The notes below the pieces were generated by a model. That model saw nothing but the letters and a program-made list of their open reading frames with translations, made no database searches and had not been told where the DNA came from. A stretch of DNA of 41,745 bases from positions 1-41,745 of the forward strand of contig JAVECL010000157.1 of NCBI GenBank assembly GCA_051942245.1. The letters run 5' to 3'. Position numbers and translations under genes: made by a program. This stretch comes from Trypethelium eluteriae. Lineage: Eukaryota. Below, in pieces: positions 1 through 10,543 of the stretch (within the stretch, counting starts at the first letter, position 1; every line of letters begins with the position of its first letter).

Positions 1-612
1 ACCTGGTTCTCTGATCGCCCCGGTTCCCCTGCCCCAGGCATCACGCGACGGACCGCTCGAACCTCGTACGGCAGCGGCAACGGCGATGACGAAGGCGAAG
101 GCGACTCAGACTCCGACACCAGCGACATCGCGATCGCACGGGAGCGCATCAGCACCAAGTGTCCGCTGACGCTGCGTGAATTCGAAGACCCCGTCACATC
201 GACGCACTGCCCGCACAGCTTCGAGAAGAGCGCGATCCTGTCGCTGATCAAAGCCTCGCGGGACCGAAGCGGCGCACACGGCGAGCGCGTGGTGCAGTGT
301 CCTGTGGGCGGGTGCGCGCAGATGCTGACGGAGAGGGACTTGCGCAAGGATCCGACGATGGTGCGTAGGATTCAGCGACTGCAGGCTGCGAAGGCGAGGG
401 CGGCGGAGGACTCGGACGAAGAGGGTGGGGATGGTGGGGACAGGGCGGAGTTTGTGGAGGAGATTGGGAGTGAGGATGACATGGATGGGATGGCGGTTCG
501 GCAGAGTACGGCGCGGAGTGTGAGGCCAAAGACGGAGCCTAGGTCTTCTCGCCCACCTAGAGCGACGGCAGAAATCAACAGAATGTCTGGAAGTGATACA
601 GCGGATGAGTGA
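1..612 (+). CDS. NSE2: SP-RING zinc finger E3 SUMO ligase of the Smc5/6 complex (Nse2/Mms21), 5'-truncated by the window edge
   Basis: Frame 1 is open from base 1: SDIAIARERISTKCPLTLREFEDPVTSTHCPHSFEKSAILSLI...VQCPVGGC, the zf-Nse SP-RING signature, followed by an acidic tail. Stop TGA at 610-612. Confidence 0.88.
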   Translation, partial: TWFSDRPGSPAPGITRRTARTSYGSGNGDDEGEGDSDSDTSDIAIARERISTKCPLTLREFEDPVTSTHCPHSFEKSAILSLIKASRDRSGAHGERVVQCPVGGCAQMLTERDLRKDPTMVRRIQRLQAAKARAAEDSDEEGGDGGDRAEFVEEIGSEDDMDGMAVRQSTARSVRPKTEPRSSRPPRATAEINRMSGSDTADE

Positions 613-814
613 AAGCATGTCTAAGTTGCGATCGTTCGACTTGGTCTCCGATGCAAGGAGAGAATGATGACTAGGTTATATGGCTGCATCATGTTTGGGC
701 TTGTTGATAGACAGAGATGCATTGTCCACAGGCTTCTACCGAGTACCAGCTAAGGTCTATGAAGTCCTACCCACGCTAAACGCTTCAATCATCCTCTGAA
801 TACCGCAAACAACG

Positions 815-3554
815 CTAAGTGTTGCTAGCTGCATCCGTTCCCAATCGCCAGTCACGGAGGAACTCCCTACGTTCCGTCATAAGGTGATCTCCGTGCTTTT
901 TGCTCAGCCTCTTCAGTAATCTGCCGTCTGATCCTTCTAGATGCTCGTCATCCTGCGCAGTCCACACACCCATCATATTCTCAGGGATGCTTTCACCAGA
1001 CTCCAACCCAGGAAGGATTTGCAGGGCAAGCCCGGTGTCCAAGCAGGTAGCCTGTAAGGCTCGCACCACCTGGTTATAGTCATGGCCTGCTCCCACTAAA
1101 TCACGCATCCATTCTCTCAGTTCGGCCATATCGGACTGAGGATCGTGCCTTTGTTCTGGGTGCTGTGAAGGGAGCGAAGACGGCGGCGCACCTTGTATGA
1201 ACGATGTCTCTGGAGACGGTATACGAAGGTCTGCTTCATCCAAAGTGTCAGCATCGAAAAGGGCTTGAGTCTCAACTGTCTCCTGCCGTAAGCGTGCTTT
1301 AGGGGCTGTGTCAAGATCAGCGGCAACTTTTTGATCTTCACTGTCATAACAGTTGCTGTGACTATTTGAAGCGAAGTTGTCGAGCTCGTCGACTCCACCG
1401 TCGGGATCCAGGAAATCGATGTCCGGTTGCTGTGTTGGTGCATCGAAAAATGCTTGTGTTTCAGCTTCCTCTGAAAGCCGTCCCTCATGAATTGAATCAC
1501 CCTCATCATTCAGTCCATCAAGATCGTCTTCATCTACAGTTTGATTATCATTCTCCTCAACTATTGCCCCATTCTTGTCACTCAACGCAGACAAAGCTCC
1601 CGAGGGCTCAGGCATCTGTCGAGCCTCCGCAGCTAGCGAGTCACTTTTCTGAGCTATATGGTGCGAAGATCTTGATGGACCAGCTTCTCCATTTCCATGT
1701 CCTCGGAGTTTTGTCGGTGTGATGAATTCCGTCGGCAAGTCTAAAGAGTTTTCGGATTCGTTGCGCAGTCTGTCGAAAGTGCTTCGGGCTTGTTCGGAAC
1801 GTCTCATGCGGGATGGAGTGTGTGGTGTATTTTGTGTTGAGTGGCTACCTGACTTTGGCACTTTACCGGTCATAGCTCTGGCGATTGCGCTCGACGTCAC
1901 CGGGTCAAAGGAAGATTGGCTATCTGCGCTTTCATTGCCTTCGTCGCTAGTCTGCCGTGCCTCGCTTGTTGTAGAGTATCGTTCGCGAGGCATCTTCCCT
2001 TTTGACGTTTGTCTTGTACTATCTCTGGGCATACCATCGGGGCTTGGCTCGACAGAGTCAGCACTTTCTGTAGCGTTGTCGATAGCGATATTATTATCGC
2101 TAGGGGGGATTTCTTCAGCCTCGTCTTCGCTGGCTTCATGAGCATGGCCATCCTCTTCGTCGCTTGAAAGATTGGTCACGCGTGGCTTGACAAGCGCGGG
2201 GAACGACGATGGCACATCGCTCTTCAAGAGATTTGGGGGCGACGAGTCTCTGAAGGAGGGTTGAGGACTCTGGAGACGCTTTTTTTTGTGGGCAGGAGTC
2301 GTATGCTCTCCCTGATCCGAAACACCCTCAGCCTCATCGGACGGCAGGCGTTTCCTCACTGGGCTGCCGTGAGCTTGACCAGTATGAATCGGGATGCCAT
2401 CCCTTGTGCCATCGTCAATATGTCCCATTTCTTCATCCACTTCCCTGGAACCGTTAGAGGTCGCTCGAGTGCTCGACCTTCGCAATTCGCTGCTACCGCG
2501 GTGTTCTGGACTTGTATGGCTTTCGTTATCCGTTTGAGTTAGTGCGGCATTTGTTGCGTTGAGCTCGGTCATTCGAGGCTTCTCCCCTTGCTCCTGGTAC
2601 GTTAGAGCTTCAGTGGTTGACTTTGCAGGTTGACTCTCGGCATGTTGCTTCTTCTGCTCCATATAAACTGGATGAACTTCGTCTTCGTAAAAACTGCGCC
2701 ATCTTCGAGCAGTATGTTCTGGATGGTCCTTTTCCAAGTCCACCCACACTTCTGAAATATATGTCTGCGCCTTCATCATTGAAATGCCTGGAGCTTGCTC
2801 TAACAATTCTTCAAACTCGCCCTGCGTGAAATCTTCGTACTTATCCTCCCCTGCTACACGCGAGGGTTCATCCACCTGACGAATAGATTTTTCTGTGGGC
2901 TCTTCGTTCGATGAATTTTTAACTTTTTTTTCTGAAATATTATTTTCTAGAGGCGGAGTTGGAGGAGTTGGGTTCGACTGAGGTTTATGCGGCGATTTTT
3001 GGACATATTTGACGTATCTATCGCGCCATGCTTGCCAGGGATGGCGTGGATTCTGTATACTAGGTTTAGTGCTTGCCATATAGATAAGCTAGACACAATT
3101 ATGAGAGGCACACCTCGCGCTCTAGAGCCTTGTAGATCTCATTTCCCAAGGCCTTTGCCCCGCGTCTCTCCCAATCTTCAACCCAGTTGCGGAGTACTCT
3201 ATCATCTTCCGTGGTAAAAGGAGTTCTCCCCGATTTTCCAGATCGGATGGAGCTAGTAGTGCGGGTTGCACTGCGAGAAGGTCCTTGCAGGTAATCTTTC
3301 TCAGGCTCCAGTTTGCCTTTCTTGCACGACTGCTCTATCCATTGATAGGAGAGAGAACCCTCAGGGTTGTCTTTCCTCAGATGGTCAACTATGCGATAGT
3401 CGGCTTGCTTCTCCAGGGGTACAACTTCACCACCAAGGTATTCGATGACCCTGGCATATTCTGAGCGAGTTGGACACCGCTGAGCGACCCAGAATCTTAG
3501 GCCTTGGAATATCGTGCTACTGCCAGCCGCTTTGATCAATTCAGTGCTTGACAT
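815..3554 (-). CDS. RAP1: Telomere protein Rap1 (BRCT, Myb-like domains, long disordered linker, Rap1 C-terminal domain); exons 3554-3114 and 3052-815
   Basis: N-terminal BRCT (IFQGLRFWV...GGEVV...SYQWIEQS), then RTPFTTEDD...GNEIYKALERE|NPRHPWQAWRDRYVK Myb across a 61-nt GT-AG intron (3113-3053), a second Myb-like HPEHTARRWRSFYE, and C-terminal IPENMMGVWTAQDDEHL...KKHG...ERREFL. Confidence 0.92.
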
Positions 3555-4091
3555 TGCTCCTGATTGCTCATTGCAGCAGTATCAGGAGCTCTGACGTTAA
3601 GCATGGCATATGTTGCAGTGACAAAGATATTTATCTGAGAGCGGAGGTTAAACGCGCAGCTAGGTACGCGAGAGTCGCGCGATCCCGTGATTTGAGGCAA
3701 TTGGGTACGATGCGTATTATGTAATCATCTATATGTGGGAACTGAGGGAAGTCTCCAGATGCTCAAGGAACGCCTGAAAAGAGCAGAATGGGCATCTGAT
3801 CGTTATTCATCGTTGCACTTGCCAGTCTTTGTCATCAGACCTATGCCGAATTGCAGCTTACGATACTCAACTGTCTTTGCACGGGCATAGTCTTCTGTCA
3901 TCAAAACGTTGGGTGCAACAGATCGCAATCGCGCACTAGGACGAAGACGCTCTTCTTGCTTTGATGTGAGACCCTCTTACGTCCGTTTCACAACTGCTGA
4001 GTCCTGTCTTCTGCTCATGAAAGTCAATACCGAATCGAGACCGGGCTTTTGAATTCACAATTGCGACATCTTGTAAAGATTCATCAGGGGC

Positions 4092-5415
4092 ATGGTTGGA
4101 AAGGTGGGCAAAATTGCTATTGCGGTTGGCTTCATTTCATTCTTCACATTTGTCTCCTTCTTTGGGCGTCTGCCAGCCTTGAGGTTTGACATTTCTCCAA
4201 TTTTGCATTTCGTGTCTTACTCTAAGTCTCCTCCAGGAACACCCCGATCGGAGCGCTTTACCGTCTGATATGGATCTACATTCCACGAGCCCTTGCAGCC
4301 CTCGACGCTAGAGTAACTGGTGGCAACATTAGTCGTTACTTAGCTCGAACAAGTACATATCTCTTGCATGAAAAACATCCACTGGTCCTTGTAATTCACT
4401 CCTTTCTCTTTCCAAGAGTTGCTGCGATTCTCTCTGACCGTTCCAGATTCTCTTCCTTGGACTCATCACGGTCTGTTCGATACTATTTCTATACTCTGCG
4501 CTGCCGCTTCTGAGCGTCGCTCAGTTTCTACCCGTGTCGATCCTCCTTCCGGCTCCGTATTATTTTACCTACCTGTGCGCCAGATCGAGTTCCTCCCTGA
4601 TCATTGAATCCAATCACGACCAGCATCTCCATGAATATCCATATGATTACGTGCTTTATCACCCCCATAAGACTTGCCGAACTTGTTTGCTGAGCAAGCC
4701 TGCTCGAAGCAAGCACTGTAGCATCTGTCGTGCTTGCGTTGCTAAATGTGACCATCATTGCATTTGGGTCAATAACTGTCTTGGCAAAGAGAACTACCGG
4801 TGGTTCTTAATACTACTGCTTAGTGTTGGAGTCTTGGAGTTATACGGATCTTGGCTAGCGTGGTCTGTACTGTCTCCAAGACTTCAATACAGGGCAAGCG
4901 TTTACGACGCTCCTTCTGCGCCATCGCTCTGGACGCGGTTCATTTACCTTATCATCGAAACCGTTAGTATTGGAGGGTTTTCCGTAACCGGGGTTGGACT
5001 GCTGGCATTATTGACAGCGCCTCTGCCTTTGGCACTCCTGCTCTATCACTTGTACCTGATCTGGACCGGGATGACGACCAACGAGACTGTGAAGTGGAGT
5101 GATTGGAGGGAAGACATGGCTGACGGTGTTGTGTTTAAGGCCAAGAGAAGTGAAGCTGTTGCAATCAATGGACCGAGCGGATTGCCTCAGAGACCAGATA
5201 CAAAGTTTTATGGCGAAAACCCGAGTCTTGATGAAGTCCACGTAGACTGGCCAGTTGGCAGTGATCAGCTTCTGGTAAGAACCATTCGTGGTCAACCGCC
5301 GGGGGCGAGTGAAGCTCAATCAAATATCTGGAAAAGGTGTTGGCGACTGAACGACGTTGATAACATATACGACCTGGGCTTTTGGGATAATCTATTGGAC
5401 GTTCTTCGAGGATGA
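4092..5415 (+). CDS. SWF1: DHHC palmitoyltransferase Swf1; exons 4092-4183, 4237-4390, 4447-5415
   Basis: Spliced N-terminus FFTFVSFFGRLPALRNTPI...HEKHPLV. DHHC-CRD CRTCLLSKPARSKHCSICRACVAKCDHHCIWVNNC, GMTTNE motif, C-terminal VDNIYDLGFWDNL. Confidence 0.92.
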
Positions 5416-6700
5416 CCATACGGTGATGGAGATCAGAACTGGTGTCGACCATAAAGCTGATGAGGAGGCAAAAGAGAAGTAGCGAGAAGACCGTGAACAG
5501 CTGCAGGCTGCCATACATATCGCTGTACGACTCAGAACTAAGCTGTGAGAATTGTTAGTAAAGGCTCCAAGCTTGTAGGAAAAGCATGTCGACACCCCAT
5601 ATGCACAGAATCCTTTCTGGAAATGCCGGATAATGCGTTCCCTCTGCCTGCTTACACGGAGACGCTAAAGGTCAGTCCCTCTCTACGGCCTTACACGAGG
5701 ACGCTGTCCGAGACCCACTTTCGATCGAGCCAGAAAAGACATTACAAACTTGACCGAAAACATTTCATTAGCTATGTGATTGGGAAAGGCCAACTGAACC
5801 TACGTATAAGCAGTGCCAGGACAGCTTTCTCCACGATTGGTCTTCTGACCGGGAAGCACAAGGAATTTTGTCATTATGAGAGCGAGTTTTCTGAAGTACA
5901 CTCGTATCTGGTATACTATAACAGCTCAAATCCAGGACTGCGTCAAAGTGTAAAGTCGGCCTTAGGGTGAGACTTTCGTCCAACCAGCGCTATGCAGTGC
6001 GGTGGGATTGCTTGTTCTGTATTCTTAAGACCAAAGTACGCCAGCGCAGTGCAATCTACGCAATCGGCTGTGAGTGACATTGGAGACGTCGGAGGTAGTC
6101 GATGTTTCTCGTTTCCACAGGTCTGGGGGCCTCCAGGCGAAACTTTAAGACTCGGTGGACTTTGGCAAGGTACGAAAGGAAGAAAAGGCGCGAGATAGAG
6201 AGCTACCTCCAGACTGTCGACAATACGACGATTCTATTCCTCCTCTATGGGAGCCGGGAGGCCCCAATTGGGAGTTCTGGGCGGGAAGAGGTGGGCATCA
6301 CTGGTGCGATAGGAGAAGATGAAGAGTAAAGCAGACGAGCATAGCCGCCGCCAATCTCATTTGGCTTCCGAACAATCTTTGTACCTGAGATCACCCTCTT
6401 TAGCGTTCTAGCATATTAGGTACCTAATGCTAAAATAAAAATTTGAGACGTCTACCCAGCCTGCCAATTATGACGTCATTTGACGTTTAATACTTGCGTT
6501 ACCGAGAGATTTATTGACGCGCATCCAATCTCACTCGCAACCCACCCACTAGCCCCACCAAAATTACCTACCTTAATTTTTTTTCTTGACCTTTTGCTTC
6601 ATACCCTTCAACATACTCCTTCGAACCTAATGACCCACCCGCTTACGATCTCTACGCATTTCATATTGTTGTGATACCCTTTCCTGCTTTGATATTCGCC

Positions 6701-9700
6701 ATGAACGAGGATCAGTTCGTGCAGCTCCTAGAGAGCTTGCTTCAGCGTACGTCTCTACGCATCTGCCTACAGTTGGACGAAACTAATAACTTCTCTAGCG
6801 GACACCGAACGTGTCAAGGCGGCTACAGCAACTCTCAACAAAGAATACTACACTTCGCCGACCGCTCTCGGCTACCTCCTTCATATCTTGACCACGAATC
6901 AAAATGACCAAATCAAGCAGCTGGCAGCGGTGGAGTCTCGAAAACTTGTACACAAGCACTGGGCAGCTATTCCTGCAGAGCAAAGGTCTCAGATACGGAG
7001 TCGTCTCCTAGAATACACGCTCGAAGAAAATTCGACCCTCATTCGACATGCGTCTGCACGAGTCGTGTCCGCAATCGCTCAGCTCGACTTGCAGAATAAT
7101 GAGTGGCCTGGCTTACCTGGAATATTGCAACGAGGCGCCACTGGTGAAACTGCTCGTCAGCGAGAAGTTGCAGTCTACATACTTTATACGTTGCTCGAAG
7201 TCGCGAGCGAAATGTTTATCGACAATGCCTCTGATATGTTATCGTTGTTCAATCGAACCATTCAAGACCCGGAGAGCACAGAAGTTCGTATCAATACCAT
7301 GTTAGCAACTGCGCAACTCGCCGTATGCATCGACACTGATGAAGATCCCCAATCACTGCGACTACTTCAACAGGCGCTACCCAACATGGTGGCAGTGCTC
7401 AAAAAAGCAGTGGATGATGGAGATGAGGAGCACGCTATGCAAGCTTTCGAGGTCTTCCAAACCCTTCTAGCAGGGAACCCGGCATTACTTAATCAGCACT
7501 TCAAAAGTATGGTACAGTTCATGCTCGAAATTGCCACGGATACAGATCTCTCAGACGATTCAAGAGTGCAAGCGATTTCTTTCTTAATGCAATGCGTCAA
7601 GTTCCGACGACTCAAGGTTCAAGGCCTTAGAGTGGGCGAGGAGATAACGATCAGAACTCTACAAATCGTCCCGGAGCTGGGAGATTTGAGCGGTGATGAA
7701 GAGGATCTCAGCCCTGCTCGGTCTGCCCTTGGCTTGCTGGATATCCTCGCCAATAGCTTACCACCCAGCCAAGTGGTCGTGCCTCTCCTAAGGGCCATTG
7801 GACCCTATGTTACGTCACAAGAGCCTGACAAGAGAAGAGCGGGTATCCTCGCGCTGGGAATGTGCGTTGAGGGCGCTCCAGACTTCATCAGCACACAACT
7901 CAAGGAGATCTTACCAATGGTTTTGCATCTACTCAATGATCAAGATGCCAAAGTTAGATCTGCAGCCTTGAACGGTGTCGCAAGACTAGCGGACGACCTT
8001 GCTGAAGACATGGGTAAAGAGCATGCTCAACTAATACCTGCATTAGTTCAAAATTTCGACCTTGCATTGTCCCAATTGCACGGACCCGGTGGAGAGACCA
8101 ACCTGGATATCGTAAGACAGAGCTGCAACGCTGTAGACTCCCTTATTGAAGGCTTAACAAAGGAAGATGCTGCGAAGTACGTCCCAGAGTTGGTTCCGCG
8201 CATCAGTCAGCTCTTTGAGTATGAGGAATTCAAGGTGAAGGCTGCAGCGATTGCCGCCATTGGGTCTATAGCAGCCGCCTCCGAAGAAGCCTTCCTCCCA
8301 TACTACGAACAAACCATGAGTGCCCTGGGTAAAAATATAAGCCTCAAGGATAGCCAAGACGAACTTGATTTGAGAGCAACCACATGTGACTCGATTGGCG
8401 AGATTGCCGCTGCCGTTGGAGCAAAGCCTTTCCAACCATACGTGCAAGGCTTGCTGGTGGCCTCCGAAGAAGCTTTGCATCTAGATCATCCAAGGCTGAA
8501 AGAAACTAGTTATATCCTGTGGAGCGGTATCGCCAAGGTGTATGGTGAAGAATTTGAGCCATATCTTCCTGGCGTGGTCAAGGGCTTATTGGAATGCCTC
8601 AAACAGGATGAGGATGAACTTAACGTTGAGTTAGGTGAAGAGGCCAAAGATCTTCTTGGAACCGAGGTGACAATTGCCGGGAAGAAAATAAAGGTCGCTT
8701 CTGCTGGTGATGAGTATGCTGATGAAGCTCTCGATGCTTACGGTGACGATGACGATGACGAGTGGGATGATTTGGAGACTGCTACTGCTTTTGCCATGGA
8801 GAAAGAAATCGCTGTCGAAGTGATCGGTGACGTCCTTGCGTCTACGAAGAGCAAGTATCTTCCGTTCTTCAAATCGACCGTGGAGACAGTGCTGCCACTG
8901 ATGGAACATCCCTATGAAGGAGTCAGGAAGACCAGCATCACGACACTTTGGCGTGCTTATGCCATGCTCTGGGAACTAGCTGAACAAAACGGGATGGAGA
9001 AATGGAAGCCTGGATTGCCGCTTCAGGTGCAGCCAACGTCAGAATTGAACGAGCTTGGTACACTTGTAATTTCTGGTACCTTAGCAGTCTGGCAAGAGGA
9101 AGAGGACCGGTAAGTTGGCAAAAACGCTGCTTTTCTCTATATTATGATGACTTCACCTCGTTATACCCAGCTCACTCAGACGCCTCAAGCGGTTGCTGAG
9201 AACGCGATTCGAATATTATCTGATTACTGCAAAGCACTTTTCCTTTTTTTTTTTGGCAACATATACCCAGCTGTTACATTGGAAGCTAACAATATCAGGG
9301 GCACTGTCACCGATATCAATCGATCTCTGGCGGCAACCTTGAAGCTTTGTGGGCCTGCGGTCCTAATGAAAGAGGATGAAACGGTCGTGGGTCAAATAAA
9401 GGATCAAATTCTGGCTGTACTTGACAAATCGCACCCTTGCCAAATAGATCCAGGTGACGAAGACGACCTTGCTGGTGCACTGGATGAGTCTTCTGAGTAT
9501 GATTGGCTTGTCATTGAGACCGCCATGGAAGTGGTAACCTGCCTTGCCGCTGCGCTGGGAGACACATTCACTCAAGGCTGGAAAGAATTCGAAAAACCCA
9601 TCCTCAAGTATGCAAGTAGTCAAGAGTCGACAGAGCGTAGTTGTGCCGTTGGCACGATTGCCGAATGCATTGGCAACATGGGCGCTGCTGTGACGCCTCA

Positions 9701-10190
9701 TACCGAGGGGTTGATGAGAGTCTTACTACGCAGGATGGGTGATGAAGATCCAGAAACGAAGTCTAATGCTGTCTATGGCACTGGTCTCTTGTGCGAGAAA
9801 TCCGAAAACGAGAAGGAAATCTTGAGCAACTATGGCACGATCCTTGGCAAGCTGGAGCCTCTACTACATAGCGGCCAGGTAGCCAGACTCCTGGACAATT
9901 CGGCAGGTTGTGTAAGCCGCATGATTTCAAAGCACAAAAATCAGGTTCCTTTGCAGGAGGTCTTACCCAGTCTGATGGAGTTGTTGCCATTGCGAGAAGA
10001 TTATGAGGAAAATGAACCCATCTTCAGGATGATCGTGCAACTATATCAATCCGGCGACGAGACAATGCGACAGCTCACGGCACAACTTAAGCCGATACTT
10101 CCGAAAGTTCTGGGGCCCCCTCAAGAGCAACTTGATGAAGAAACTCGACAGCAAGTCACGGAGCTTGCTAAATATCTTGAGAGTAAATGA
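6701..10190 (+). CDS. KAP123: Importin beta-family karyopherin Kap123 / importin-4; exons 6701-6747, 6799-9109, 9299-10190
   Basis: MNEDQFVQLLESLLQ-PDTERVKAATATL start, IKQLAAVESRKLV importin-beta N domain, HEAT repeats (RRAGILALGMCVEGAPDFI), acidic loop, LLDNSAGCVSRMI and LPLREDYEENEP. GT-AG introns restore the frame (EEEDR|GTVTDINR). Confidence 0.92.
9139..9228 (+). ncRNA. Intronic box C/D snoRNA in KAP123 intron 2, probably an snR71/SNORD29(U29)-type LSU rRNA 2'-O-methylation guide
   Basis: Box C ATGATGA 9144-9150, guide ACCCAGCTCAC 9165-9175 complementary to conserved LSU rRNA GUGAGCUGGGU, D' CAGA 9177-9180, C'-like TTGCTGA 9193-9199, box D CTGA 9220-9223. Flanking stem TGCTTT 9128-9133 / AAAGCA 9231-9236. 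Lies in an unusually long 189-nt intron (9110-9298). Ends are approximate. Confidence 0.82.
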
Positions 10191-10543
10191 CATCCTTCCA
10201 TAGTGTTTCTTATGCAAGGTGGTGTTTGGCTGGGTTACGAATAATGTTGCATGAGATACCACCCAGGGTTCTATCGGCGAGGCACACGGGGCTCATGGCC
10301 CTCGCTGGGGGCCTCCACGGTTAAAAGATGCTAGTATAGAATCATTAGACAGATGAATCAAAAATTTCTTGACTCGCTATCCCCATCACCGAAACGTTAG
10401 AAGATTTGAGAGCATGACATTTTATGACGACGTGATATGGGAATATTCCAGACAACTCATCTAGACACGCCACACTGCCTGTAAAGTCAAAAGATGTCAA
10501 CTCGGTATCCGCAACTTTCTCGACCCCCTTTCAAAGATTACGC

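Noticed and set aside
106..618. Minus-strand ORFs of 68-170 aa over the window start
   Set aside because: Antisense shadows of GC-rich NSE2 coding sequence with no motifs.
5545..6329. ORFs of 141, 68 and 75 aa between SWF1 and KAP123, plus an imperfect repeat CTTACACG..GACGCT near 5651 and 5690
   Set aside because: No recognisable domain or coherent splice model, and the repeat has only two short copies.
9144..9298. Apparent N-terminus MMTSPRYTQLTQ... of a separate 348-aa ORF
   Set aside because: The ATGATGA is snoRNA box C inside KAP123 intron 2. The rest of the ORF is the last KAP123 exon.
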